Part shown: positions 1 to 8,922 of the stretch, in pieces
How positions within the stretch are numbered: position 1 is the first letter of the stretch
Layout of the letters: every line of letters begins with the position of its first letter
Sequence record: MT446387.1
Source of the DNA: Escherichia phage TH09
DNA length: 64,000 nucleotides
Strand: one strand, 5' to 3'
Notes under the pieces: model-generated
Told to the model about the DNA's origin: nothing
The model's input: the letters and a program-made list of their open reading frames with translations, nothing else
Database searches by the model: none
Made by a program: the position numbers and the translations under genes

Positions 1-55
1 CCATTTTTAATTAAAGAACAATCTTGGATAAATTTATTTTCTAATTGAGGTTTAT

Positions 56-418
56 ATGAAAGCATATCAAATTCTTGAAGGCACACATAAAGGTACTATT
101 TATTTTGAAGATGGTATTCAAGCACGAATTATTGTCTCTAAAACCTTTAAAGAGGACTCTTTTGTAGACCCAGAAATTTTCTACGGTTTGCATGCCCGTG
201 AAATTGAAATTGAGCCACAGCCTACAGTTAAAATTGAAGGTGGTCAACACCTGAACGTTAACGTTCTGCGTCGTGAAACTCTGGAAGATGCAGTTAAGCA
301 TCCGGAAAAATATCCGCAGCTGACCATCCGTGTATCAGGTTATGCAGTTCGCTTTAATTCTCTGACTCCGGAACAGCAGCGCGACGTTATTGCTCGTACC
401 TTTACTGAGAGCTTATAA
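56..418 (+). CDS. GrcA/YfiD-like autonomous glycyl-radical protein (pyruvate formate-lyase C-terminal domain homolog)
   Basis: 120-aa ORF; glycyl-radical signature [25 protein letters not shown] near C-terminus; SD gagg upstream. Confidence 0.7.
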   Translation: MKAYQILEGTHKGTIYFEDGIQARIIVSKTFKEDSFVDPEIFYGLHAREIEIEPQPTVKIEGGQHLNVNVLRRETLEDAVKHPEKYPQLTIRVSGYAVRFNSLTPEQQRDVIARTFTESL

Positions 419-639
419 TGGCAAAGATAATTATTGAAGGTTCTAAAGATGTGCTAAATGCTTTCGCCGAGTGGTTTAGTAATTCAGGCGAACAGCAATT
501 TAACGAAGCGTGGAATATGGGTGATATTGATGGAATTTATCCTACGACAGAAATTTCTGTTCAGGGATATGGCATTCATGAACCTATTCGTTTAGTTGAA
601 TATGATTTATGTACTGGTGAGGAAGTCAAATATGATTGA
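418..639 (+). CDS. hypothetical protein
   Basis: 73-aa ORF, start overlaps upstream stop (TAATG). Confidence 0.45.
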   Translation: MAKIIIEGSKDVLNAFAEWFSNSGEQQFNEAWNMGDIDGIYPTTEISVQGYGIHEPIRLVEYDLCTGEEVKYD

Positions 640-898
640 AGATATTAAAGGTTATAAGCCGCATACCGACGAAAAAATCGGTAAAGTAAATGCTATTAAA
701 GACGCTGAAGTTCGTTTAGGACTTATCTTTGATGCTTTATACGATGAATTTTGGGAAGCATTTGATAGCTGTGAAGATGATGAACTCGCGAAGAATTACG
801 CTGAAAGCCTCGATCAGTTAACTATTGCTAAAACGAAACTCAAAGAAGCCAGTATGTGGGCTTGTCGTGCAGTGTTCCAACCAGAGGAAAAATACTAA
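632..898 (+). CDS. hypothetical protein
   Basis: ORF in track 596..898; start moved to ATG 632 preceded by ggtgaggaag SD. Confidence 0.4.
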   Translation: MIEDIKGYKPHTDEKIGKVNAIKDAEVRLGLIFDALYDEFWEAFDSCEDDELAKNYAESLDQLTIAKTKLKEASMWACRAVFQPEEKY

Positions 899-1176
899 TG
901 GCTCAATTAAGTGCAGGGTTTGGTTATGAGTATTATACTGCACCTCGTCGTGTATCTGCCGCTCCTAAGAAAATTCAAAGTCTTGATGACTTCCAGGAAG
1001 TAGTCCGTAAAGCTTTTCAGGACTATGCACGTTATCTTAAAGAAGATTCACAGGACTGTCTCGAAGAAGATGAAATTGCTTACTATGAACAGCGTCTTGA
1101 ACAGCTTAAAAACTTGCATGAGGTTCGTGCAGAAGTTTCAAAGTCTATGAATAAATTGATTAGATTTAAAGAATAA
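898..1176 (+). CDS. hypothetical protein
   Basis: track ORF 856..1176; ATG at 898 overlaps upstream stop (TAATG) with gaggaaaaa SD. Confidence 0.45.
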   Translation: MAQLSAGFGYEYYTAPRRVSAAPKKIQSLDDFQEVVRKAFQDYARYLKEDSQDCLEEDEIAYYEQRLEQLKNLHEVRAEVSKSMNKLIRFKE

Positions 1177-1178
1177 CT

Positions 1179-1208
1179 GTTTACTTTTCCTCTTGACTGT
1201 GGTATAAT
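1179..1208 (+). promoter_or_regulatory. sigma70-type early promoter (GTTTAC-N17-TATAAT)
   Basis: gtttacttttcctcttgactgtggtataat about 28 nt upstream of regB ATG; matches T4 early promoter consensus. Confidence 0.6.
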
Positions 1209-1235
1209 TTTTCTATCAGTTAAGAGGAGAATAAC

Positions 1236-1697
1236 ATGACTATCAATACAGAAGTTTTTATCCGTCGAAATAAGCTTCGTCGTCATTTTGAGTCGGAGTT
1301 TCGTCAAATTAACAATGAGATTCGTGAGGCATCAAAAGCAGCAGGGGTCTCATCGTTTCATCTAAAATATTCTCAGCATCTTCTTGATCGTGCAATTCAA
1401 CGGGAGATTGATGAGACATATGTTTTTGAATTATTCCATAAAATAAAAGACCATGTTTTAGAAGTTAATGAATTCCTGAGTATGCCTCCGCGTCCTGACA
1501 TTGACGAGGATTTTATTGATGGGGTTGAATATCGTCCTGGACGTTTAGAAATCACAGATGGAAATCTTTGGCTTGGATTTACGGTTTGTAAGCCTAATGA
1601 GAAGTTCAAAAACCCGTCACTTCAATGCAGGATGGCAATTATCAACAGTCGTCGTTTACCAGGAAAGGCTTCTAAAGCAGTAATTAAAACTCAATGA
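1236..1697 (+). CDS. regB: RegB site-specific endoribonuclease (cleaves GGAG in early mRNAs)
   Basis: 153 aa, N-terminus MTINTEVFIRRNKLRRHFESEF matches my recollection of T4 RegB; syntenic position upstream of tk. Confidence 0.65.
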   Translation: MTINTEVFIRRNKLRRHFESEFRQINNEIREASKAAGVSSFHLKYSQHLLDRAIQREIDETYVFELFHKIKDHVLEVNEFLSMPPRPDIDEDFIDGVEYRPGRLEITDGNLWLGFTVCKPNEKFKNPSLQCRMAIINSRRLPGKASKAVIKTQ

Positions 1698-1704
1698 GGT
1701 AAGC

Positions 1705-2250
1705 ATGAGAAAAGCACTACTCGCTGGTCTATTGGCCATTTCAATGATGGCACATAGCTCCGAGCATACTTTCAGTAATGTCCAACTCGATAACATGCGT
1801 TACGCGTATCAATTCGGGGAACAGTTTTCTAAGGATGGAAAATATAAAACACACAAAAATATCCACAAGAGCGGATTAGGTCATATAATGGCTGCTATTT
1901 TATGGCAAGAAAGCTCTGGCGGAGTTAATTTAAAATCTAAACCAAAGCATCACGCCTACGGAATGTTCCAAAATTATTTGCCTACTATGCGAGCAAGAGT
2001 TAAGGAACTTGGTTATAATATGACCGATGCTGAAATAAAAAGAATGTTGAATAAACGGTCCAATTCAGCTTCCTGGGCGTACATTGAACTTTCTTATTGG
2101 TTAAATATACATAAGGGCGATATAAGAAAAGCAATATCCTCTTATAATTCGGGATGGAATGTTAAAGCAGGTTCTAAATATGCTTCTGAAGTCCTAGAAA
2201 AGGCTAATTACCTTAAAAATAATAAACTTTTGGAAATAGTAAATGACTAA
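1705..2250 (+). CDS. secreted lytic transglycosylase-like protein (SLT domain)
   Basis: N-terminal signal peptide; SLT-like motifs WQESSG, GMFQ, YNSGWN. Confidence 0.55.
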   Translation: MRKALLAGLLAISMMAHSSEHTFSNVQLDNMRYAYQFGEQFSKDGKYKTHKNIHKSGLGHIMAAILWQESSGGVNLKSKPKHHAYGMFQNYLPTMRARVKELGYNMTDAEIKRMLNKRSNSASWAYIELSYWLNIHKGDIRKAISSYNSGWNVKAGSKYASEVLEKANYLKNNKLLEIVND

Positions 2251-2584
2251 AATTTTGGTTTTATGTATAGGATTAATTTCATTTTCTGCGTTAGCAGATA
2301 CATCATATACTGAAATTAGAGAGTATGTAAACCGTACTGCAGCGGATTATTGCGGGAAAAATAAAGCATGCCAAGCTGAATTTGCGCAGAAATTAATATA
2401 TGCATATAAAGACGGAGAAAGAGATAAATCAAGCAGATACAAAAATGATACACTGTTAAAACGATATGCTAAAAAGTGGAATACCTTAGAATGTTCAGTT
2501 GCGGAGGAGAAAGATAAAGCCGCTTGTCATTCAATGGTTGACCGTTTGGTAGATTCTTATAATCGAGGATTGAGTACTAGATGA
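2243..2584 (+). CDS. secreted hypothetical protein
   Basis: 113 aa with signal peptide MTKILVLCIGLISFSALA; Cys-containing. Confidence 0.45.
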   Translation: MTKILVLCIGLISFSALADTSYTEIREYVNRTAADYCGKNKACQAEFAQKLIYAYKDGERDKSSRYKNDTLLKRYAKKWNTLECSVAEEKDKAACHSMVDRLVDSYNRGLSTR

Positions 2585-3060
2585 TTGTAAAATATATCAA
2601 GGGCGATATTGTCGCCCTATTTCTTCAAGGTAATATTATTGCGCACGGGTGCAATTGTTTTCATACTATGGGTTCAGGTGTAGCGGGTCAATTAGCAAGA
2701 GCCTATCCCAAAATTTTAGAAATAGATAAAACCACTACTGAGTACGGTTCTCGTGATAAATTAGGCGATATGTCTATTGTTTTTAAACATAAACCTAATG
2801 GTTTTGGCATATGTTATAACTTGTATACGCAATACGAACCAGGTCCTAATCTTGATTATGGTGCTTTAGTAAACTGCATGATAGAATTAAATCTACAGGC
2901 AGAAACCCTTTTGTTTAAACCGGTAATTTACATTCCACGCATAGGTTGTGGTATTGCTGGCGGCGATTGGGATAAGGTTTCTAAATTAATCGACATGTTT
3001 ACTCCTGATATTGATTTAATAGTGGTGGATTATGAAAGTACATTACCCGCATCCGTTTGA
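2581..3060 (+). CDS. macro-domain protein (ADP-ribose binding/processing fold)
   Basis: motif IKGDIV...NIIAHGCNCFHTMGSGVAGQL and CGIAGG typical of macro domains. Confidence 0.6.
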   Translation: MIVKYIKGDIVALFLQGNIIAHGCNCFHTMGSGVAGQLARAYPKILEIDKTTTEYGSRDKLGDMSIVFKHKPNGFGICYNLYTQYEPGPNLDYGALVNCMIELNLQAETLLFKPVIYIPRIGCGIAGGDWDKVSKLIDMFTPDIDLIVVDYESTLPASV

Positions 3061-3244
3061 TCCTAAAAACAAAGCAGTAATTATTCGTCAATGGGAACGC
3101 ATTTGCCGTACTAAATGTCCAATTAATAGTCCACATGATGTAGATAAAGACTACATTGGAACATTCGTTGAATATACTTTTATTGATAAGAAAGGTCGTA
3201 AACAACATGTAGAAGAATATTGCTTAAAGGTTACATGGTTATGA
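3032..3244 (+). CDS. hypothetical protein
   Basis: 70-aa ORF overlapping upstream gene end. Confidence 0.35.
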   Translation: MKVHYPHPFDPKNKAVIIRQWERICRTKCPINSPHDVDKDYIGTFVEYTFIDKKGRKQHVEEYCLKVTWL

Positions 3245-3447
3245 GCCAAACTAGTATTCTTAAAAATGCCCACTGTGAAAAGTGTAAGTGGCCTGTTGTT
3301 TTTGCTTTATGCAACGATGAAATGGCTTGTGATTTCGATTATTGGTGCTATTGTTCTAATAAAGGATGCATCAATCATAAAGGTGAAGGATTTTATTCAG
3401 GATTTTATCCTTATCCTGATTTCGTTAAAGAAGGTAAACCAAAATGA
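3241..3447 (+). CDS. Cys-rich putative zinc-binding small protein
   Basis: ATGA stop/start overlap; CEKC...C..C...CYC...C pattern. Confidence 0.4.
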   Translation: MSQTSILKNAHCEKCKWPVVFALCNDEMACDFDYWCYCSNKGCINHKGEGFYSGFYPYPDFVKEGKPK

Positions 3448-3629
3448 ATAATTTTGAGTTACAATACGAAGTGTTACGTGAGCTTGATAATTTAATTGAA
3501 CTCGCTGTTAATAAAGGTTTTGCCATTGGAATCGGTCAAAAAGATACTGGTCATTTAACTATGGAAATATTTAAGCAAAAGCGAATTATTTTAAAACTCC
3601 TGGAAATTAATATATATGAGTCTGAGTAA
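3444..3629 (+). CDS. hypothetical protein
   Basis: 61-aa ORF, ATGA overlap with upstream. Confidence 0.4.
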   Translation: MNNFELQYEVLRELDNLIELAVNKGFAIGIGQKDTGHLTMEIFKQKRIILKLLEINIYESE

Positions 3630-3801
3630 AGAACAAAAAGATAAATTGTTTGAGCTTATCCATGAACTTCTAGATGAGCATATAGAAGCAAACACTTTTT
3701 ATGATGAATACGGCCCGCTATCTCCAGAACAGCAGGAAGAATTTGCTGATCGGTTTGATAAGAAAGAAAACGAATTAATAGCTTATGTGAATACGCTTTA
3801 A
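3616..3801 (+). CDS. hypothetical protein
   Basis: 61-aa acidic ORF. Confidence 0.4.
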   Translation: MSLSKEQKDKLFELIHELLDEHIEANTFYDEYGPLSPEQQEEFADRFDKKENELIAYVNTL

Positions 3802-3810
3802 GAAGGTGAT

Positions 3811-4392
3811 ATGGCGAGTTTAATTTTTACTTATGCAGCAATGAATGCTGGAAAATCTGCTTCTCTTTTGACTGCTGCACATAATTATAAAGAACGTGGA
3901 ATGAGTGTATTAGTTCTTAAGCCTGCTATTGATACTCGCGATTCTGTCTGTGAAGTTGTTTCTCGCATTGGAATTAAACAGGAAGCGAATATTATTACAG
4001 ATGATATGGATATTTTCGAGTTCTATAAATGGGCTGAAGCACAAAAAGATATTCATTGCGTATTTGTAGATGAAGCTCAGTTTTTAAAAACTGAACAGGT
4101 GCATCAATTAAGTCGAATTGTTGATACATATAATGTTCCTGTTATGGCTTATGGATTAAGGACTGATTTCGCTGGAAAATTGTTTGAAGGTTCTAAAGAA
4201 CTTTTAGCGATTGCAGATAAACTTATTGAACTAAAGGCAGTTTGTCATTGCGGCAAAAAAGCGATTATGACAGCTCGATTAATGGAAGATGGAACACCAG
4301 TTAAAGAAGGTAATCAAATCTGTATTGGTGATGAAATTTATGTTTCTTTGTGCAGAAAACATTGGAATGAATTAACTAAAAAGCTCGGTTAG
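3811..4392 (+). CDS. tk: thymidine kinase
   Basis: 193 aa; P-loop AMNAGKSASLL; C-terminal CxxC...C zinc motif; matches T4 Tk. Confidence 0.9.
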   Translation: MASLIFTYAAMNAGKSASLLTAAHNYKERGMSVLVLKPAIDTRDSVCEVVSRIGIKQEANIITDDMDIFEFYKWAEAQKDIHCVFVDEAQFLKTEQVHQLSRIVDTYNVPVMAYGLRTDFAGKLFEGSKELLAIADKLIELKAVCHCGKKAIMTARLMEDGTPVKEGNQICIGDEIYVSLCRKHWNELTKKLG

Positions 4393-4401
4393 TGTAAAAG
4401 T

Positions 4402-4409
4402 TATAAATA
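4402..4409 (+). promoter_or_regulatory. candidate late promoter TATAAATA
   Basis: exact TATAAATA about 26 nt upstream of the 4435 ORF, in the rI region. Confidence 0.4.
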
Positions 4410-4434
4410 GGTTTATCTAACTAAAGGGGTATAT

Positions 4435-4647
4435 ATGCTACAATTAACTGAAAAGCAACTTCGCAATCTTACTGTGCTTCAATTAGATGAAATTCGTAGG
4501 GAAGTTGGAAATATCATTTCAGCTTTGCGTCGAGAAGTATCACTCAACCAATCTCCGGCAGACTATACTAGATTGCGAAATTTTGAAAAATACCTTGATA
4601 AAGTTAAGGCCGTGCATCGGCATAAAGTAAATACAGGACAAAAATGA
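4435..4647 (+). CDS. hypothetical protein (rI.1-like position)
   Basis: 70-aa ORF, SD aaagggg upstream. Confidence 0.45.
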
Positions 4648-4659
4648 TAGGAGGCCTTT

Positions 4660-4953
4660 ATGGCCTTAAAAGCAACGGCACTATTTGCCATGCTAGGATT
4701 GTCATTTGTTTTATCTCCATCGATTGAAGCGAATGTCGATCCTCATTTTGATAAATTTATGGAATCTGGTATTAGGCACGTTTATATGCTTTTTGAAAAT
4801 AAAAGCGTAGAATCGTCTGAACAATTCTATAGTTTTATGAGAACGACCTATAAAAATGACCCGTGCTCTTCTGATTTTGAATGTATAGAGCGAGGCGCGG
4901 AGATGGCACAATCATACGCTAGAATTATGAACATTAAATTGGAGACTGAATGA
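4660..4953 (+). CDS. rI: lysis-inhibition regulator RI (periplasmic antiholin)
   Basis: 97 aa with N-terminal signal/SAR segment; size and position match T4 rI. Confidence 0.6.
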   Translation: MALKATALFAMLGLSFVLSPSIEANVDPHFDKFMESGIRHVYMLFENKSVESSEQFYSFMRTTYKNDPCSSDFECIERGAEMAQSYARIMNIKLETE

Positions 4954-5336
4954 AATTCAGCGACTTTTCACAAAGTGGAAAACCTTCAAAGGCAGATGAA
5001 TACTTAGGTTTATTAATGGCTGCACAAGCTTATTTTCATTCTGCACATTTTGAAACTAAAAGTTATGCTAGACACAAAGCATACGATTTTATTTTCTCCG
5101 AGTTGCCAGATTTGATTGATAAATTTGGTGAGCAATATTTGGGGTATTCTGGTAGAAAATACACACCTTCAATTCCAGATGCCAGTAAACTTCCTACCGA
5201 CACAATTAAAATGATTGATCGCATACTAGACCAATCTAACAGCATTTATAAAGAAATGCCTCCAGCCATTCAAAGCACGATAGATGATATTACTGGAATG
5301 TTTTACCAGAGTAAGTATCTTCTTTCCCTCGAATAA
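4950..5336 (+). CDS. hypothetical protein (rI.-1-like position)
   Basis: 128-aa ORF, ATGA overlap with rI. Confidence 0.45.
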   Translation: MKFSDFSQSGKPSKADEYLGLLMAAQAYFHSAHFETKSYARHKAYDFIFSELPDLIDKFGEQYLGYSGRKYTPSIPDASKLPTDTIKMIDRILDQSNSIYKEMPPAIQSTIDDITGMFYQSKYLLSLE

Positions 5337-5340
5337 CATT

Positions 5341-5364
5341 AGTCTCCTTCGGGAGACTTTTTTC
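5341..5364 (+). terminator. intrinsic terminator hairpin (UUCG tetraloop) + U-run
   Basis: agtctcc-ttcg-ggagact followed by tttttt. Confidence 0.6.
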
Positions 5365-5373
5365 ATTTTACCG

Positions 5374-5403
5374 GTTTACTTTCCGTTTGAGTTGTGGTAC
5401 TAT
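5374..5403 (+). promoter_or_regulatory. early promoter (GTTTAC-N17-TACTAT)
   Basis: ccggtttactttccgtttgagttgtggtactat; cassette nearly identical to 45708..45737. Confidence 0.55.
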
Positions 5404-5431
5404 ACAACTATCGAATAAAGAGGAGAACATC

Positions 5432-5620
5432 ATGAAAATTGAAGCACTCAATCAAGAAGGAAATATCTACGTCATCATTAATGGTGATTTTTTCGTCGAC
5501 ATGGATGAAGTTACTAGTGAAGAACTTGTTGAAGTTTTGAAGAAACGTTATAATATGTGTGATGAAGCTGCAACGCATATGGCGTGTGCAATATTCTCTC
5601 TGTCATATGTGGTGGAATAA
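5432..5620 (+). CDS. hypothetical small protein
   Basis: track ORF 5387..5620; start moved to ATG 5432 after SD gaggagaa; the upstream in-frame part is promoter sequence. Confidence 0.45.
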   Translation: MKIEALNQEGNIYVIINGDFFVDMDEVTSEELVEVLKKRYNMCDEAATHMACAIFSLSYVVE

Positions 5621-5823
5621 TGATTAGTATAGAGCAAGCAGATAAAATCAAGGAATTAGTGGCTTCAATTCGTAAAGCAGATGAAGAGCTGATTGACTTT
5701 GCTTGGTATTCATCGGGTATTTCGAATAAAGGCATTAAAGACTTTGAAACTAAAGTTGATAATGCTTTAGAAGCGTTAGATATGTTTCTTGATGAAATTA
5801 TCGATCATAATACGAGAGTTTAA
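5620..5823 (+). CDS. hypothetical small protein
   Basis: TAATG stop/start overlap at 5618-5622. Confidence 0.4.
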   Translation: MISIEQADKIKELVASIRKADEELIDFAWYSSGISNKGIKDFETKVDNALEALDMFLDEIIDHNTRV

Positions 5824-5825
5824 TT

Positions 5826-6020
5826 ATGCTAACACGTGAACAGTTTGAAAAAATCATTAAATTAGCACGTGATATTGAAATAGATTCATACCAATTGGCA
5901 GTTGAACATTGTGAAGGATATTCATATGATGGTATAGAAGCAGCTAAAAAGGATTTGGACAAATCTAAAGCTAAATTAGTTCAATATCTTGAAATGATTA
6001 GGTGGAATAATGAAAACTGA
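5826..6020 (+). CDS. hypothetical small protein
   Basis: 64-aa ORF. Confidence 0.4.
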   Translation: MLTREQFEKIIKLARDIEIDSYQLAVEHCEGYSYDGIEAAKKDLDKSKAKLVQYLEMIRWNNEN

Positions 6021-6183
6021 AAAGCAGATGTTTTTAATGAAGCTAATTGAAGAATATGCTAATGCAGTTTCTGACTATGAGTATTCTGCTCGGGAAAGAG
6101 GTACGGCTTTCGCAAAGGAAGAAATGAAAATCATGGTTGATGCTCACACAAAGCTTCAGAATTTTATTGAAAACGTCATTTAA
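6010..6183 (+). CDS. hypothetical small protein
   Basis: 57-aa ORF not in track; ATG preceded by aggtgg SD. Confidence 0.3.
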   Translation: MKTEKQMFLMKLIEEYANAVSDYEYSARERGTAFAKEEMKIMVDAHTKLQNFIENVI

Positions 6184-6185
6184 TG

Positions 6186-6215
6186 GTTTACAAGTTGGCA
6201 AGGTTATGGTATAGT
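6186..6215 (+). promoter_or_regulatory. early promoter (GTTTACA-N17-TATAGT)
   Basis: ggtttacaagttggcaaggttatggtatagt with imperfect inverted repeat around the -10. Confidence 0.5.
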
Positions 6216-6243
6216 AATCTTGTCAACTGTCAAGGAGAAGAGA

Positions 6244-6351
6244 ATGAAAATTTTGTTTGTTGTGTATGTGATGATTCAATATAATTACCCAATGTTTACT
6301 TATAATCTGGTGAACAACATTATTGATATGATTCAGAGGAGTATACAATGA
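6244..6351 (+). CDS. small hydrophobic peptide (about 35 aa)
   Basis: strong SD caaggagaag; MKILFVVYVMIQ...; ATGA overlap with next gene. Confidence 0.3.
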   Translation: MKILFVVYVMIQYNYPMFTYNLVNNIIDMIQRSIQ

Positions 6352-6893
6352 TGAGTGAGGCGAAACGATTAGTATTAGAAGTTAGTTCACTTTTTGGTGA
6401 ATTGGCTATAGAAAAAGTAAATAATATGTATCGTTTGACACAAGAAGACGATATGCTATATTTTACGCCTAACGAAATTGTTCGTTTAACCCAAATTGAA
6501 AATTCTTATACTGATAAAATTGTAAGCATTAATGATGAGCATAAAATTCATTTCTATTCTTTATGCCCAGGATTTAATATTGAAAGCGAGTCAATATGCT
6601 TATCAATTAATAATTGGGATAATTTTATAACTAAGATTAAATATTTTTATTATTCTAATGAAAGAAAACATAGTTTAAAATGGTTTAAAAATTGCAATGC
6701 TATTATTACTAACGCTTGCAATCAGAATGATGAAACTGTTTTAAACGTATCAAAATGTTATGAAGATGGAGATGTCTTAACTATTCGTCAAATTGATGAT
6801 TCTCGAGCACATATTGTCACATTTACCAAAGACGAAGCTATTGCACTAAAGACTTATCTTGATTCTGTTATTCCAACTATGATTTCAAAGTGA
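6348..6893 (+). CDS. hypothetical protein, paralog A of a tandem pair
   Basis: 181 aa; shares GFNIE and C-terminal ...EA.A.K.YL..V.P.M motif with the next ORF. Confidence 0.5.
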   Translation: MMSEAKRLVLEVSSLFGELAIEKVNNMYRLTQEDDMLYFTPNEIVRLTQIENSYTDKIVSINDEHKIHFYSLCPGFNIESESICLSINNWDNFITKIKYFYYSNERKHSLKWFKNCNAIITNACNQNDETVLNVSKCYEDGDVLTIRQIDDSRAHIVTFTKDEAIALKTYLDSVIPTMISK

Positions 6894-6899
6894 GGAAAT

Positions 6900-7421
6900 A
6901 TGTTTATTTCAAGTGGAAGCGGTTTAATTCGTGTTGAATTTAAAAATGACATCTTCCTTAGTCAAGGAGATGATATTATTAAAATGAGTTATGACGAAAT
7001 CAAGAAAATTTGTCATACTCTTGAAAGCCGTGGAAAAGTAAATGCTGTTATTGACATCGGTGATTTATGGGTAACTCTTTATGAAGTATCCGAAGGATTT
7101 AATATTGAAGATGAAAATAACATCTTAGCTATTGATAAAAGAACTGATTTGCTTGATGTATTAAAAGCCTATGAACAGTCAAATGGTGGAAGAAAAGCTG
7201 TATTGATTTATCAAAAACCGCATTCATGTGGAACTGCTTCAATCATTTCAAATATTGAAGGCGAAGCTGATACTTATATGTGTGTTTTAAAAGCTGGTGG
7301 TGACCGTCATCCGGATTTTATTTCTATTCGTCAAAACAATGAAGAAATTTCATTATCAAAATCAGAAGCTGAAGCGATGATTAAGTATTTAACAACCGTT
7401 ACGCCTTCAATGAAAGGATAA
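6900..7421 (+). CDS. hypothetical protein, paralog B of a tandem pair
   Basis: 173 aa; similar to 6348..6893 (EGFNIEDEN; SEAEAMIKYLTTVTPSM). Confidence 0.5.
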   Translation: MFISSGSGLIRVEFKNDIFLSQGDDIIKMSYDEIKKICHTLESRGKVNAVIDIGDLWVTLYEVSEGFNIEDENNILAIDKRTDLLDVLKAYEQSNGGRKAVLIYQKPHSCGTASIISNIEGEADTYMCVLKAGGDRHPDFISIRQNNEEISLSKSEAEAMIKYLTTVTPSMKG

Positions 7422-7423
7422 TT

Positions 7424-7885
7424 ATGATTATTAATGAAAACTCTTGGCACTATAAATTATTCAAATTGTTTAACGATGAATGGCAACGACCTAAGACACT
7501 ATGCGTATATTTTTGGTCTATTGCCATTCCTATATTTTTCGTTTCTATTTTTGGGTGTGCTATACTCGTAGGGCTAACAATTATTTGTGCAGAAAGCCTA
7601 CAACGTTGGCTTATTTTCGGTAGTTTATGGACTCTTCTTCCATCAGCATTTATACTTGCGCTTTTGGTTGTTTTACTTATTATCGGTTCATTTGTTATTC
7701 CTGCACATTTGCATGAAAAATATAAAGATTATAAATGGAAAAAGGATTATGCTTTACACGTAGAAAATATTGATAGGGCGTATAAAGGTTTACCTCCTAT
7801 TCAACCCAAGAAATCGGTTATCGTTGAATTTTTAAAAGCTCGTAAAGCTAAAGTATGTCCTGTTATTGAATATAAGGCTGAATGA
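7424..7885 (+). CDS. integral membrane protein
   Basis: 153 aa with several hydrophobic helices. Confidence 0.45.
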   Translation: MIINENSWHYKLFKLFNDEWQRPKTLCVYFWSIAIPIFFVSIFGCAILVGLTIICAESLQRWLIFGSLWTLLPSAFILALLVVLLIIGSFVIPAHLHEKYKDYKWKKDYALHVENIDRAYKGLPPIQPKKSVIVEFLKARKAKVCPVIEYKAE

Positions 7886-8895
7886 TGAAAACAGTAATGA
7901 AAAGCTATTTTGGTAGTCATCTTTATGGAACTTCTACCCCAGAATCTGATGTAGATTTTAAAGAAATCTTTGTTCCTCCTGCTCGCGATATTCTTATCGG
8001 AAATGTCAAAGAGCACATGAGTAAAAACACTAACAACACATCATCTAAAAACACTAAAGATGATATTGACCATGAACTATACAGTCTTAAATATTTCTTT
8101 AAATTAGCAGCAGATGGTGAAACTGTAGCGTTGGATATGCTTCACACTCCACCTGAACTAGTGGTTAAATCTGATTTGCCTGATGTGTGGAAGTTTATTC
8201 AAGACAACCGTTCTCGTTTTTATACGACTAACATGAAATCCTATTTAGGATATGTCCGCAAGCAAGCTTCTAAATACGGTGTCAAGGGTTCTCGTTTGGC
8301 TGCATTACGTGATGTATTGAAAGTAGTTAATCAAATCCCCGAGCAATGGGTTGATTACCAAGAAGACGGTTCCATTAAGCAGCGTCGCACTAAAGTTGAA
8401 GATATTAAGCATCGTCTTCCAGAAAACGAATTCTGTGAATGGGTGTTCCATAATCATGAGAAAACAGGTCCACAAACGTTCTACACTGTATTGGGTCGTA
8501 AATATCAGACAACGCTTTCTCTTATTGAGCTTAAGCAGTCTTTGAATAAACTTGATGCTGAATACGGTGAACGTGCTCGTAAGGCCGAAGCCAATGAAGG
8601 CATTGATTGGAAAGCACTAAGTCATGCTTGTCGTGGTGGACTCCAACTATTGGAAATTTACAAAACTGGTGACTTGGTTTATCCACTCAAAGATGCTCCA
8701 TTTATTCTCGACGTGAAGTTGGGTAAACATCCATTTAAAACGGTTCAAGAGTTTTTGGAAGATGTGGTCGATCAAGTAGAAGCAGCATCTACTGAAGCTT
8801 CTAAGAACGGTATGCCTAAAACAGTAGACATGAGTTTCTGGGATGACTTCCTTGAGAAGGTCTATCTTGAAAACCACCGAAGTTATTATAAATGA
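7882..8895 (+). CDS. predicted nucleotidyltransferase-fold protein (nrdC.11-like position)
   Basis: 337 aa; N-terminal GSHLYGTSTPESDVDF resembles Pol-beta-type NTase G[SG]-x(n)-DxD motif. Confidence 0.45.
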   Translation: MMKTVMKSYFGSHLYGTSTPESDVDFKEIFVPPARDILIGNVKEHMSKNTNNTSSKNTKDDIDHELYSLKYFFKLAADGETVALDMLHTPPELVVKSDLPDVWKFIQDNRSRFYTTNMKSYLGYVRKQASKYGVKGSRLAALRDVLKVVNQIPEQWVDYQEDGSIKQRRTKVEDIKHRLPENEFCEWVFHNHEKTGPQTFYTVLGRKYQTTLSLIELKQSLNKLDAEYGERARKAEANEGIDWKALSHACRGGLQLLEIYKTGDLVYPLKDAPFILDVKLGKHPFKTVQEFLEDVVDQVEAASTEASKNGMPKTVDMSFWDDFLEKVYLENHRSYYK

Positions 8896-8897
8896 TA

Positions 8898-8922
8898 GGG
8901 AGCCTTCGGGCTCCCTTTTTTA
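8898..8922 (+). terminator. intrinsic terminator hairpin + U-run
   Basis: gggagcc-ttcg-ggctccc followed by ttttttt. Confidence 0.65.
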
